Source: Tubiluchus corallicola (taxonomy: Eukaryota > Animalia > Priapulida). Taken from it: DNA of 64,000 bases. The stretch's first letter is position 1. Every line of letters begins with the position of its first letter. A program made the position numbers and the translations under genes. Shown one piece after another: positions 13,201 through 51,377 of this stretch. The DNA is taken from the NCBI GenBank assembly GCA_030141605.1, contig JAQGDQ010002371.1, positions 248,001 to 312,000 on the forward strand. Direction: 5' to 3'. The notes under the pieces are model-generated. The model had not been told where the DNA came from and ran no database searches. It saw nothing but the letters and a program-made list of their open reading frames with translations.

Positions 13201-16200
13201 TCAGTAGTACAGAAGCTAAAACTCACCTAATTCCACGGGCAACAGCAGTATTCTTTAAAATGACATCAACATCGTTTATACACTTAGCAGCAAGAAGAGC
13301 TCTTGTCACAAAAACAGATGCTGTAAAGAAACAAAAAAATTTTAGAATAAGCCTGAAAAGATACAGAGTGATTTTTATTAAAAGTAGGTAGTGATTACAA
13401 CTCATGTTTAGTTATAAAAATCAATTTTCAAGCAAAATGATGCTTACGAATTTTTCCTCGGGCAAAACCTTTAGGTGCCATCGTATTTATGGTATAGATA
13501 ACTCCATACTTGTTGAAGCTCATGCAATAACCAGGAAGAAATCCAGGATATATAAATGAAGTAAAATTTTCTTCAACCACAGCAAACTTTCCCCTTGGTG
13601 ATGAGCTTATTATATGTGCCTGGACCACCGCACAATTGTACTCAAATGCCAAGCATGCATCTTCTGTATGACCCATACCAAGCTGTAAACATATAATATA
13701 CATACGTGGAGAAGGGTTCAAAAGGTATGCTTCTCCCTTCTCTCATAACAATCGCTGCTTTTATTAGTAAGACTTACGTAACTGCTAAAAAAATTTTAAG
13801 TTAGCAACTCTTGTATATGTTCCATATATGCAACACTTCCGTATTTGCAAATAACTGTTACTAAAAAATAAATTACGGTATCTAATGTAATACCAGCAGG
13901 AATACAGAGAATTTGTGTGGACTCTGTATAAAATAACCATGAAAAAACTATGCCAAACAAACAGGATAATGCACTTGTTTTTCTAAAATTGCAAAGTTTT
14001 GTTAATATTCACACAAGAAACAGAAGATGTTCACACATTTCTACAAAGAACTTGTCCACCAGAAATGAAATGAAAATAGCGATAATTGCACTTTCGGATA
14101 AGTTTCGATTACGGCGAAATTTATTAAATTTCGTAGTGGAAATTTCCGATAATTTTCCATAGCATTTTCTGTGCTTTTACTAGTACTTATCCAATTTATC
14201 TTTTGTTTTCTCCTAGTTATGAAAAATTGCTGAAAAATCTTGGCTAAATTAGTTCAAATAAAGCAAAAATTTCGTTTGTATAACATTTTGTGATATGCTT
14301 TTACCGGCAATGCAGCATGTCTTCAGTGCTGATGACTACAAAGTTTTAGGGTCTCCAGGCCCAATCAACCGAAATACCACATTTGAATTTACTTAGCAAA
14401 ATCACGTTTTTTTTATAATTTGTGAAATATCTACAAATTAAAGTTTGTTTATTTTTAACGAAAAGTTAAGATATTTAAATATTAATCATTAAGGATACTT
14501 AAATAAAAAGATATTATAACACATTTCTAAGGTAAGCCACTCCATCAAACTTGAGGTTCTATACTATAAAACATCTTTGTCCTTTTTGTATTAGAATTTT
14601 TCATCAGTAATTTTGCATCACAGCAAATGAAAGCAAACAAACAAAAAACAAATTTTTTTATTTATTTTAGAGTTTTTTTAAGCTTTAATAGTAGTTAGTT
14701 TTGCAAAAATGTTTTGGTAATCTATGTTTCATAAATTTCGGTCTGTAAGTTCAGTTTCGGTAACATCCCTGTTGTCCACCATAAATAACTGAAACATTAA
14801 GTTCATTGCTTATTAGTACTTTACGGTAGTTGAGAGGATGCTGTTAAGAATGCATACGTATCAATGATGTTCACTGTTCAAGAACAGTCCTTCAAAGATT
14901 TACGATGTCACTGTGACGACCACTGGCACCATTTTTGACTGTCTATGGTGTATTGTATAAAAGAATAAATAGTTTTGTCAGGAATGCAAAATAGGCGTTG
15001 CCTTTTACTTTATCCGAGCACGCCAGAGTTCATCACATGTGGATAAAAACAATTTTTAATACTAATTTTTTAAGGCAAGGGGTTTTTATCCAGACTTTTT
15101 TAACGAGGGTCCTAGTAGTTTGATTAAAACTGATGCTATTTTAGGCCATTATAATTTGTACTTAGAAATGACGAGGACGAACAGGAGGACAAACAAACGT
15201 TATTGCTTTTTTTATAAAAAAAACGTGTAAAAATTATTTAGTGGCAATTTCAAAAATAATATTTCTACAAATCACTTACATACATACATATAACGAAAGA
15301 ATTCAGTTAACCCCATCCCAGGTATAATAGGAAGAGAGGAGAGGATAATTACCGAAGAGTTCCATTGTCGCTGCAGCTGTACCAATGGGCTAGCCTCAGG
15401 TCGTGATACCGTGGGTCCAGTTATCCAGGATCACATCTCAAGAATCAAGAAACCACACTGCTGGGGCTCACGCATTGCAGACTCCACCACCAGAGGGTTA
15501 GAAACAAGGATCCAGGGTCTCGAAACGTCTCCGTTTACTCCTATACTGTAGGAGTCAGCAAATGACGGAGGAAAGGAGAAAAGTTCCTCGTTCCCAGTCT
15601 TCAACTAGGCAACCTCCTTAGGCAGTTCCAAACTCCACCCAACAACCGTCATGATCTACGTGGCCAGATTACGAACACGACGAAGTTTCCTGCAAACTAG
15701 TAACACTGCCTAGGAACCGTCTGGTTTCCTCTCAGAGAAATTTGATTACACTGAGAACACCAAAACTAGCGAACTCATTATGAGATCTCAAAAGTTATGA
15801 GATCTCAAACTTGCTGCCACAAAACGTGTGCTTCCAACGCAGCTTAAAAACCCGTAATGGCGGCAATAAGGAAAAATCACGGTTCAATGCTTTTCCAGGA
15901 GCGCGAAAATTATCCTGTAACCATTCAAGACATGTGACAGGAAGATCGCCATCAAACAGGGAAAAGGGGAGAGGTATTAAAGGATGGGCAGAAAACCAAC
16001 CCAAACATAAAACAGAAATGAATATTTTATTTGGAGTACAAAATGAACTTTAGCATAATTTTAATACGGACGAGGACGTCTGTGACGTCACAGTCACATA
16101 TACTACAATTTACCTGCCCTGGGCTATTCAAGTACACATCTGTACAACCAGCTATACCATGACTCTCAGGAGCATGTTTTGATATCTTTGTAGATTTATC

Positions 16201-18474
16201 CAAGTCAAGTGGAATACTTTCATAGTCAATATCCAGATCAATGATAGATAAAAAGATCTGCAAAAATAATAATGTTTAGAGGCAAACTGCTAACCGTATT
16301 AAAGTACCAAAGTAACTCTACGCTAGAGTCACACTTTATCCTAAGCTGATTTCTCATCATTGAATAAACAACAATTTTGAGAACAGCAGTCAGTGCATGC
16401 TTTCAAAAAAATATTTCAATCCTAATATGGCCAAAGTACAACTAAACGACTTGTATATTCCTAAATATTAATTTATTCACTTCCACATATATATATATAT
16501 GAACATTTTTCTAAACAGTATGATTCCATTTTATGGGGGCTTGGAGTATTTTACAGAAGCTTGTACCTGTATATAGAGTAATGAGTGTACACAAACCTTT
16601 TCAAAAGGTTGTTCGCTTCCATCACAAATGCCTTGAAGTTCCTCCACGTACTGCGGAAATGCATCGTTTGCTGCATCAAAAAACTCACTGTATATCTATA
16701 AATGAAATTATGTGCATGTACTGTAATCTACGTAGGATGACACTGGAAATCTATTAGCACTTAGCACCAATTACGTCAAAACTAAAACTTTTTATTCAGG
16801 GTTTCACACAGTTGTAGCTTTGCTTCAAAACAAACAACCCATATGTTTAACTCAACTCCTACAGTAGCAATATCACTCTGAATTTATTTGTTTATAAAAA
16901 ATAAAACACACCTGCTGTAAATTTACAGACTCATTACTGAAATAGATTTTACATACCTACATCTACATAAAAATATTTATTCTTGATATCTCATTGAATA
17001 AATAAAAATGAAAATAAAAAACTATTTCTCTGAAAATATTGTGGTATAATAAAACGTATTCTGCTAATTGCAAGAATAAAATTTTTATTAATTAACTAAA
17101 ATGTTCAGACAAAATTTTATGACACATTTTTGGTTTTAACTATTTATTACACGCTAACGCCACAACCTAACAAGTGACATAATAAAATAACCATGAAACG
17201 CAAACAGTAACATGGAATTATAGCTAAACAATAAACAATTTTAACTTATTCATTGACAATACAAAATTAACATGAGTAGAAGCAGGCTTATTTCTGATTG
17301 GCACACGATGAAGACTAGTTGTTTTTTAATCAAGCAGCATCCTTCCTTCCTCTGTGTATCCTGTACAAGATGTTACTCCCTACCAGTAGCTTTCTACATT
17401 ACATATAAACATGTGCCTAACAATCCTGTAAATATAATGTTCCACCAACAGCTACACAAGATGGCTATGTTCCAATATCTTCACTATCTTCAATAACTTC
17501 ATTAACAATCTCGCTAACTACCAAGTAGTCTACAACTGTAACATTAACCATCCAGATCATATCAGCACTTCACATGCCACAAAACCAATTTAACTCCAGA
17601 ATATCAATTACAATAACAAGTCAATTGTTTGCGGAGAAAAAGATGTTATCAGTTTGAAATTTTAGCTACGAATAATGCTTATCTGACAAAATAACCATTA
17701 CATTATACCTAGAGAATGCACAATAAGCTTTGAAGGACATTGTATTTGCTAACATCTTGTAAACATCCTTTTGTTGAGGGTATGACTAATCACTAACTCG
17801 TGACGTGACACAGCAGAAAACATAAACAAGCCATTAGCTTATTTGATATTACAGATAGTAAATATAATAAAATAATAAATCATTAATCTTCATTTACATC
17901 ACTATTTGAAACAAATCTTAGTTAATTAGCTACAATAATAATTTGATACTAAAAACAGTAATGCACAATAGGTCACACACCTTCCTCCCCAAGTCACTGT
18001 CAATAAATTTCAGAAAGTAGTCAATATCCGTATTAACTTTGTAGAAATCAGAAATTTGTTGCTTGAACGTCTTTCCCTGAAAATACTTCCTAAAAAATAA
18101 CTCAACAATGGTACATAATTAATAAACATAGTTGATTTACATAACAAGTAAAAAGTGAGAAAATATATTAATGACAGCCTTTGGCTAAGGCTAGTCAAAA
18201 TTCTGGCAATTAATGAATTAGTTAAATAGTTAATCTTAGTTGGGTCAGAACTATAATTTTTCACAAATACGAAGCACGTTTAACTCATGTATTTCTGGTC
18301 TAGATGAGCTCCCAGTCAAGGCAAAAACCATCAGCTTTAATTCTAGAAACTACAGTCATTACAAATTACACACAATTAAAGAGAACTTGACAAACTTACT
18401 ATAGCAAACCCAACATCATAATAGCCACCAGAAGCATGAAGAACTGGCAGAAACAAAGCTTGAGCTGACAACAT
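7045..18474 (-). CDS. tan: Tan-like beta-alanyl-dopamine/carcinine hydrolase (peptidase C45, Ntn-hydrolase / isopenicillin-N acyltransferase family), about 392 aa
   Basis: Exons (minus): 18474-18400, 18076-17981, 16695-16597, 16257-16114, 13682-13448, 13320-13227, 11832-11692, 8400-8207, 7145-7045. All introns are GT-AG with compatible phases. Motifs resembling Drosophila Tan: GGYYDVGFAIGKTF, FPQYVEELQGICDG, G-C autocleavage site AGCTD (G127-C128), GHTEDA, EENFTSFIYPGFLPGYCMSFNKYG, FVTRALLAA, LSDTSHLDYPIFR, TLCTGIFDL. Confidence 0.9.
8830..9620 (-). mobile_element. Diverged inverted copy of the pogo/Tigger-like MITE at 45050-45866
   Basis: 9540-9618 (aagtggcccattccaggcgttttt...gagtctattaagtggtgactacta) is the reverse complement of 45050-45130. 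8835-9010 matches the reverse complement of about 45640-45810. The internal part is rearranged. Confidence 0.7.
9620..10840 (+). mobile_element. Diverged dispersed Helitron-like copy related to the array, carrying a GTGGT-rich low-complexity tract
   Basis: 9630-9960 is the reverse complement of the 5' half of the array unit (aagattcg...gctacagct...ggcaccatttg...atcaaacgaaggtctc). It ends gcaaaattctttttgcggggtttgggtag|t, i.e. a hairpin plus a GTAG variant of CTAG. The GT-rich tract is at 10400-10810. Confidence 0.7.
15278..15730 (-). mobile_element. Probable SINE/LINE-derived insertion in a tan intron
   Basis: GC-richer island in an AT-rich intron, with a (TATG)n-like tail at its minus-strand 3' end (15278-15290). 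Family not recognised. Confidence 0.35.
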
Positions 18475-19257
18475 GACCACTAAATCTACTGGCTTTTTCT
18501 TCGTAATCAATTACAAAATCATTCAAATTGTGCATATCAGTAGCTAAACAAACTCTGACTTTTCACTTTGCTGGTGAAAGAACTTCTCAGATAGACTGCA
18601 ACTGTCTGAAGCAAGCAAGAGCAAGACATGTCTCTGAAAGCATAAAATACGGTATTCTCAAATTTTCCTAAAGATGTGTGAAAGGCACAAAAATCACCAA
18701 AGAAACGGATTGTTTTCAAAACTAACGATTTCTTCCACTCCCTTTCTCAATTGACGTTGGCTCGTTAACTTTGGTTTTTCGCCACCCTTTCTCTATTAAT
18801 TTTGTATTTTTGTGCATTTATTTTTATATGTTATATAAAAATGTAAAACAATAAATTAACAACCTTATCTAACCTAATCTTTTTCATCTTATCATTATGC
18901 TCCTAGTCCTAGACAATTGTTCTAGAGTTTAGACGTGTTTTCTCTTTCTTGGTATAGTTTGCTCAAGTCCCAAGCGAAATTAAAATAAAATTTCGAATGC
19001 GAAAAGTCTTCTGTGCTCTGATATCAGTAAGAACCACAGCGTTAGTAATTTAAGTTTAACGAATTATTAAAAATCCGAAATACAGCTCTGATGTTAGGTC
19101 CTCAAATTTGATCAGCACCTGGGCGGCTCATCATCATTAGGTAGTTACTGGGCAGAGAAATTCTAAAACTGTCACCAAGTCAGGCAAACACAACGATAAT
19201 ACAGCAAAGAAGTAGACACTGCTAAAGTCTGCTATGCTACTGGCTTGTCAGCATTCA

Positions 19258-20176
19258 CTGTTGTAGGGCGCCGAGTAACCCACTAGCCGAAATAGGACAC
19301 TTCCGGCAAAAAGCATGTGCTAAATTTGCGCAAATGCAGTGACGTACAAGGGCAGCCCAAGTAGGGCACTGGCGATTTTTGACGGGAAAACGAGAATTAA
19401 GATGACATAATAAGACATAAACCTAAATTTGTTTTAGGGAAAAAGTAACTTTATAGTCCTTGACAATTTACAAAATTAATGTATTTTTACAATAGTATCA
19501 TCAGTATTATTAGCTACATTAAAATCATTATAACATTATACTAAGTATCTTATTCTAATGCTTTAAAGAGAGAAAGTATGCACACAGTTATTACAGAAAT
19601 AATTACAACTTTAAAAATGAGACAGATGCTGCTTTCACAACACAAAAAAAAGTTTTTTTTTTAATATTTAGGAAAAGCATAGACAATTAGTTTTAATAAT
19701 ATCAGTAGTATTGTAACATGTAGGGCACTGTCGTACATGGCTTGCTAGCCCATGTAGGGCACATATATCGCTAGAACGTTTACTTAGGAGAAAACAATTA
19801 TTCGTCCAAGAGGTAGTGAAATGGATTGCCTGTCTGTGAAGCGAGACAAAATAAAAAATGATATACCTTAAATAAATGTTGAAATCGCTAAAAAGTGGGT
19901 TTATTTCACTTCAACAACATTAATATCGAAACCAAATTTAATATTGTCCGTTCTACCAGCTCAGAATAAAATTCTTTTATTTTACCAGATGTATAATAAA
20001 TTATTCGACGTGTGTTGACGTTTTTAATTGTTATTATTACATAAACAAGGACAACGGACGGTGCCAGTACGCTTAACGACTCAATTCGCGACCTGTCTCT
20101 AGTGTCCTACTTGGGCTAGCCCATGTACGCCAATTGTCCTACTTGGGCTAGTGGATTACTTGGCGCCCAACAACTG
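19258..20176. mobile_element. MITE of about 920 bp with roughly 40-bp terminal inverted repeats, upstream of tan
   Basis: The left end ctgttgtagggcgccgagtaacccactagccgaaataggaca matches the reverse complement of the right end, cagttgttgggcgccaagtaatccactagcccaagtaggaca. The motif gccca(a/t)gtagggcac recurs internally. TCA flanks both sides (possible 3-bp TSD). Confidence 0.75.
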
Positions 20177-21912
20177 TCACTCAATCATTCTTCATCATCA
20201 TCATCATACGCCCGTCACGTCTATTGTAGACATTGCAGGCAGAATTCTAAAATAAAAGAAATCTGCCTTCAGACAGGTAAACGCAGCAGTAATTCAGCAA
20301 AAAAACTAGACACTGCTACGCCAGTACCACTTCCGTTGGGAGCCGGAAACCTCGAAGAAATAGGGGCAACCTTTGTTCAATTGGGCCATCTAAGCGCATT
20401 TCTAATGTTCCATATATATTCATCTCATTTTGGGAAATTATTTTAAACCACTCATGAAGAGTAAACTGAAATTTACTTTTTATTGTTGAATGACTCTTCC
20501 TCTAATTGAAAATAAGCATTATAGACGTACAACGGCCAGAATCTGACCGAAATCCTCAACGAACTGACCGTTGACCAACATACAACTAATCGACAAGCAA
20601 CTATGCCCACTATCCAATAGATATCTTTGTAAGTTAGAACCACTACACTCCAGGATACAAGTTCTAAGAGTAAGTGAACATTTACAGTCTAAATAGCATA
20701 AATCAAATTAAGTAATAAAAGTTTAGAATTATTTAAACCTTTATTATTAATCTTGTTGCATGAGAGCAAGAACCTATAGTATCTGGATTCAGGCTTATAC
20801 TAGAAAATGAGAAATGAAGAATTGTCAGTCTTTTGTAAATCAGAATAGTTCTTGTAATTTCATTAACGCAGTAGTTTTTTGTGGGCGTGTTCAAGCTTTC
20901 ATTTATCTTCTATTTTGAAAGCTTTTGGCTACTTGCCAATTTTATCTTTGTGGCATATATATAATGGTTTTGTGCTGACTAGTATGCAACTAATTGCAAA
21001 TGCATTGATCTTTCTGGTCTTTAGGATCTGTTTCATTATTAATTTTGATACTAATTAAAAATAATGCAAGTCAAACTGGCAGCACAGTTTCGAGTGCTAA
21101 AATGCTTAAAGCTAATGTAGTAAGTTAAACAATGTGTGTACAGCACGAAATTCAGGGGAGATATCTAAGCGGTTAAGCCAACTTGGTGACTAACTTAGTC
21201 GATAACTTCCCCCTTCATTTTGTTAGAAGTACGCACGCCCGTTCCAATGTAGAGTTTAGGAAAATTTAATTATATCCATGTTACCATTCATCACACGAAT
21301 TATAATTATAACCCTCTATTCACTGCTATTTAACTTATATTTGTTGCACAGGTGTGATGATTCAAGAAACTACCACGATAGAAAATTGACAAATCTTAAT
21401 AAATATTACAAGTATATCTACAATTAAAATCGTAAGAGATTTAATGTTTATGTTCGTTGCAGATACAATGCTTTTGCAATTGTTATTGTATACGATTACA
21501 TTATGGCAGGTGTTCTTGCACTGGACAATTTATTTATTTGCGGAGGACAAAAAAGTGCTAACTGTTAAAATTAGATTTGGTACACTAGCGCTCTGTTATC
21601 ACCACCTACAGATTCCATGTTTCTGATGTAGCTGTGTCCGTCCAGCACTTAAGAATTAAATACACATTGTTATCGTCCAATTTTAAAAGCCCATTCTTAT
21701 TTTTACAATAATTATTATTAGTTCGACGACTTATAATATTTGCAACTGATGCCGAGAAGCAAGAAAAAGTTAATTTTAAATTGATTTAAGTTGCATGTTT
21801 CCATAATTCAGATAAGTATAAATCTGGTAGGGTGATTAGATATTATGACCTCTGTTCAATACGAGAAAGTGGTAGCAATTCGTTAATCTGTTAAAGTTGT
21901 TTAATTAATTGA

Positions 21913-22345
21913 CTAGCCAAATCCCACAAAAAATTTTACGCATAAACCCACAATGACAAACCATACTACATGCACCACACCACACTACACCAACACCACA
22001 CAACCGACACCATACCACTCACTCCACTACCCTACCCACACCATGTCACCCACACAACACTATAGCATGCACAACACCCACATTACACCATATCACCCAC
22101 ATAAAGCCACCCACACAATGCCATTCACATTATGCCACAAACACCATGCCACAATCACCATTCATACCGCACCAACCTCATCCACCACCCACATCACGCC
22201 ACTCATACCACATCAACCACAAAACGCCACCCACTTCACAACACACCACCCATACCGCATCCAAGATACCACATCAGCCATATCACAACACCTATATCAC
22301 ATCAACCATAAAACATCACCCACATCACAACACACCCACAAAAAG
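21913..22345 (-). mobile_element. Helitron-like 3' end (CTAG plus degenerate hairpin) with a CACCA-rich tract
   Basis: a|ctagccaaatcccacaaaaaattttacgca is the reverse-complement counterpart of 10811-10840 and of the array unit ends. It is followed by the same kind of low-complexity tract as 10400-10810. Confidence 0.55.
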
Positions 22346-23219
22346 GCATAGGAAAAATGTTACAGGAAAAAAGTGGCACAAGTGGACAAGCAGGTAAAAA
22401 TGGCACAGCAAAAATAGCGCAAATGGAAAAGTAGGTAAGAATGGCATACGTAAAAATTAATGGCACAGGAAAAAATGACACACTTCGTAACATATGTGCT
22501 TAGGATTAGGGTTACAGTGGGGTATAATTATTTGAGTTATTTTTACCTCTGCCAAAAAAGTTGTGCTTCAGCACAGTTTGCTTGGTTGTTTTTTGTCCGT
22601 TATGGCAGTAAGACACCATACCACTCACTCCACCACCCTACCCACACCATGTCACCCACACAACACTATAGCATGCACAACACCCACATTACACCATATC
22701 ACCCACATAAAGCCACCCACACAATGCCATTCACATTATGCCACCAACACCATGCCACAATCACCATTCATACCGCACCAACCTCATCCACCACCCACAT
22801 CACGCCACTCATACCACATCAACCACAAAACGCCACCCACTTCACAACACACCACCCATACCGCATCCAAGATACCACATCAGCCATATCACAACACCTA
22901 TTTCACATCAACCATAAAACATCACCCACATCACAACACACCCACAAAAAGGCATAGGAAAAAATGATACAGGAAAAAAGTGGCACAAGTGGAAAAGCAG
23001 GTAAAAATGGCACAGCAAAAATAGCGCAAATGGAAAAGTAGGTAAGAATGGCATACGTAAAAATTAATGGCACAGGAAAAAATGACACACTTCGTAACAT
23101 ATGTGCTTAGGATTAGGGTTACAGTGGGGTATAATTATTTGAGTTATTTTTACCTCTGCCAAAAAAGTTGTGCTTCAGCACAGTTTGCTTGGTTGTTTTT
23201 TGTCTGTTATGGCAGTAAG
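22006..23219. repeat. Near-perfect direct tandem duplication of about 606 bp
   Basis: 22006-22611 and 22612-23219 are almost identical. Each contains the CACCA tract, about 15-bp aaaaatggcacag repeats and unique sequence ending tatggcagtaag. Confidence 0.95.
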
Positions 23220-23910
23220 CCTGTTATGCAAAAACAGATTTCCTAAGAAAAGTGCTTATAGACTATAGAATGCCAACATAGGAATCTTTTCACCGGTTCT
23301 TTTTTCGGAAAACTTGACCGAACACCATGTACAAAAAAAATTTCGTAGAGCATTTCGTTGAGGTGGTCAGAGGGAGTGCTTAGTACTTCTTTTTATTACT
23401 TCTACAAGGACACACAATTCGCGTTAGTTCCAGGTTCTATTTCGAGAAAATCTCGTTTGTACAACTGAGTAACGCTGTCTATAATTTTTACTTATTATTG
23501 TATATAGCCCCATAAGATGACTTGGAACATATATATTTGTCAGACTATTACTACCGCCAAAATTAACGGTGACAAAGTAGATAAACCCTATGTAGAACAT
23601 TGGTGCCTTAATGAACAAATATTTTGTGAGTCTTTTGCTAGTCTATATAATACCAATGAATACACACTTTTGTATGTTTGCTCGTTTATCTTTGTGTTAA
23701 ATTTTTTGAATCAAAAGAACCAGACCTAGTTTTATTATAATTCGTTTTATAAAAATCAATTGCGTTAAAATAACATTATGTGCCATTTTTCCTGTGTCAT
23801 TTTTACCTGTGCCATTTTTCCTGTGCTATTCTTTCGTGTGTCATTTTTCTAGTTTCATGTTTACCGTGCCATTTTTCCTTGTGCCATTTTTACCTGTTCC
23901 ATTTTTACCG
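22952..23910. mobile_element. Non-autonomous DNA transposon with inverted arrays of about 15-bp subterminal repeats (MULE/foldback-like)
   Basis: (g)gaaaaatggcacag repeats at 22952-23090 (also at 22350-22480) face inverted ctgtgccattttt(c/a)c repeats at 23778-23910. The superfamily assignment is inferred. Confidence 0.55.
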
Positions 23911-24552
23911 CGCACCGCGACATAGCTATGGACATGGAAAACAAATATAGCGCTTGTTCCGAATTTTGTAGAAAAAGTGTTCGTTGTTTTGGTCCTTAGT
24001 CCTAAATTAATGGTACCAACAGAATTCAGTGGAACGTTCTGTATAACTAGGAGACAATCTTGCAATTCAAATAAGAATTTTTAAGAAGCCGCTTTAGAAT
24101 GCAAAAGAGAAAGTGAAAATTTGGAATTGTTTTGGTTATTGTTTAAGAAAAGCCGATCTGTATAGTAAAAAAATAATAGACTTCATAGTTTGTTTACGTG
24201 CTTTTTCTAATGACAAATCAACATGAGGTTTAGAAATCTGTAGGCTTCAAATTTTTGCAAACTGAAAAAAGTGAATTTTAATTTTATTGACAGCAAGGTA
24301 AGAAGGCATTCGGTTTGTGTATATTTTTTAATTAAGTTTAACAGTAATCATTAGGCTACAAGATAATATCTAAAACGGAATAGCTGAGTGTTACGGTGTG
24401 TGCTTAGATGGGTGATCTACAGGAAAACTCTGCTATTTTTCTATGTTAGCGATGATACGTGCATTTTCCAACATAGCTGAGACGTTTCTGATCTTAGAGA
24501 TTATCGTAAAAATCCTTAATATATTCTACATTGTTATTATGTTCTGTGTACG

Positions 24553-24716
24553 CGTTTTGCTGAATTAGTTGGCGTTTTATAGTGTCGTCTTTTTATTATG
24601 CCATGATTGTAACGGTTAATATTAATATCATTATGCCATTGTATTATGATAACTCTTGCGAGCATGGCTTAATTACAAAAACAACAATGTAAAACGCTAA
24701 CTAATTCAGCAAAACG
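24553..24716. repeat. Short inverted repeat / MITE remnant about 200 bp upstream of the SLC28 paralog A start codon
   Basis: cgttttgctgaattagttggcgtttta pairs with taaaacgctaactaattcagcaaaacg. Confidence 0.7.
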
Positions 24717-24910
24717 TTATGCCTGCACATGACATAATCTGAGTATAACAGACGTAACGAAGAAATAAAAAATTGTCTAACCACCTACTTATTCTGCACA
24801 AAGAAACTTCATCACTTTCTTAATGGCAAATTTCAGATTGCGTAGTTTTTGTGAAGTAGCCAAATTCAAGTTACCATTGAAGACTGAAGATTGAAATTTA
24901 AATTGCATCA

Positions 24911-39570
<14,660 letters not shown>

Positions 39571-39994
39571 TTCAATTAGCCAATTTTATACACTTTAATT
39601 CTTTATTTATTTATTTATACTATTTATTTTTTTGTTTGTTTATTTAATTGTTTCTTTTCTTAATATAGTAGTAATAATAATAATATTATTAATAATGATA
39701 AAATAAAATAATATAAATATATATTAAAGGTAGACAATCAGTGCTAGTTTATGGTAAAAACGTACTCTCTTCTATGCGTCAGGAAAAAAATTGACTATAA
39801 GTGCAACGAACTTCAAGGCATTAAACAAAATGAACTATGGGTAATTTCTGTTTTTGCCAATCTTTCTTTCTTCAGCTTTTTAATTTTATCTATCTCAGAC
39901 ATAAAATCGGCCATACAGTTAATTGCACATAGTAAATGACAAAATATAAATGAAAGTTAGTAGTTAAAACTATAAATAAATTAATAATCTCTCT

Positions 39995-40155
39995 CACACA
40001 CACACGCACGCGCGCGCACACACGCACACATGCTCACACACACGCAGCCACACACACACGCGCACACACGCACATGCACATACCACACACACACGCACGC
40101 ACGCATACACCACCACCCCCCACCCCACCCAACCCCACACACACACACACATACA
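39995..40155. repeat. Imperfect (CA)n microsatellite
   Basis: Directly visible between the two SLC28 genes. Confidence 0.95.
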
Positions 40156-40983
40156 CTTAATCTGTTTCTCTTCCTCGCTCTGTGTTATCATAATCAAGTC
40201 ATGATCTTGCCTCTCACAAACGAGATAAGCAGGACAGTATTTTGAAGATGTTTTGTGAGGCTGCATTAAGCTTATCTAAAAAGGATCATACGAACATCTA
40301 AGAAGAAAAAATGCAACGGCTCGCAAATAACTTTAACGCGCTTAGTAGTGTATGATAATAAATTTCCTTATAAGCATAATAAATTCTGGATGTGCCAAAG
40401 CATTAATATCGTTTTGAGTGTTGGCTTTATGATGCAGTTTGCCAATAATTATCCACCTACATGTCCACTAGTGATGAGCTTGATTGACAGGTGGAATGGT
40501 TAGTTATAGACAGTCACAGTCGGTTAGTTCGGTATTCTGTTAGTGAGTAAGTCAGTTGGTTAATTTATTAGTTACTGCGTTGCACAGGCTTTACGTTGAG
40601 TAACACCTGCGTCTGAATCCTCAGAATCTATAGTTCATCCATTAGCTGTTAGTCCGCGACATGAATTACCTGAATGACCCATTATTTTCAAAAGCGTTTT
40701 GGGAATACCCAGATATTAATATAAAATGCATGCAGAATCTTAATTAGGTTACAGTCCCTGTAACTTTTTCGACTCTGTTACCTATAATATTGCTACGAGT
40801 AACCAAAAGTATGTAGTTAAATTAAATGTCACGATTTCCTGTAAAACACTTCCTGTTCTTAAATCGATCGTGTTGTCGTTTTGAGACATTATATGTTCAA
40901 CAAGGTGTGAGTGTTTCTGCGTAATAAAAAAAGTAATCGTTACACAGTAAATGATAATGAAATAAAATAGAATAATTTTGAAA

Positions 40984-50692
<9,709 letters not shown>

Positions 50693-51196
50693 TGTATGCT
50701 TCACATCAGACTCCATGCTACAAATTTCTTATGGACTGTACTTTTAAGCCCATATGCATATGGAGCACTTGCGTTGAGTTTATTTATCGTAGAGCAGCAC
50801 AGGTATTTTTTCGAAAATTGGTCCAAATATAAGCAATTTGTTATCTGTCCAAGTGAAAATGTGCCGTGGACTGTGGCATTAATATGTATATGTTAATATA
50901 TACTAAATACTACAGTATACTAATATTGTAGTGTTACAGCCATAATAGTAATAAATTCTTATAGGTAGTATAAGATGAAAGAAACTTCGAATAGTGAAAA
51001 CATCACAGCAGACTTTAAACAAAACTGTGGCTATTTTATTAACGCAAATCAGATGTAACGTGCGTTACACCAAAAATCTCTGTAACAATTCCTTAAATTT
51101 GTTTGCGTCTTGCGAGAAGAATAAGACAATCTTTGAATATGAAACTATGCATTTATCATTTCATAGTAATTTTCGGCGTTAATAATTTTTGGCCTG

Positions 51197-51377
<181 letters not shown>

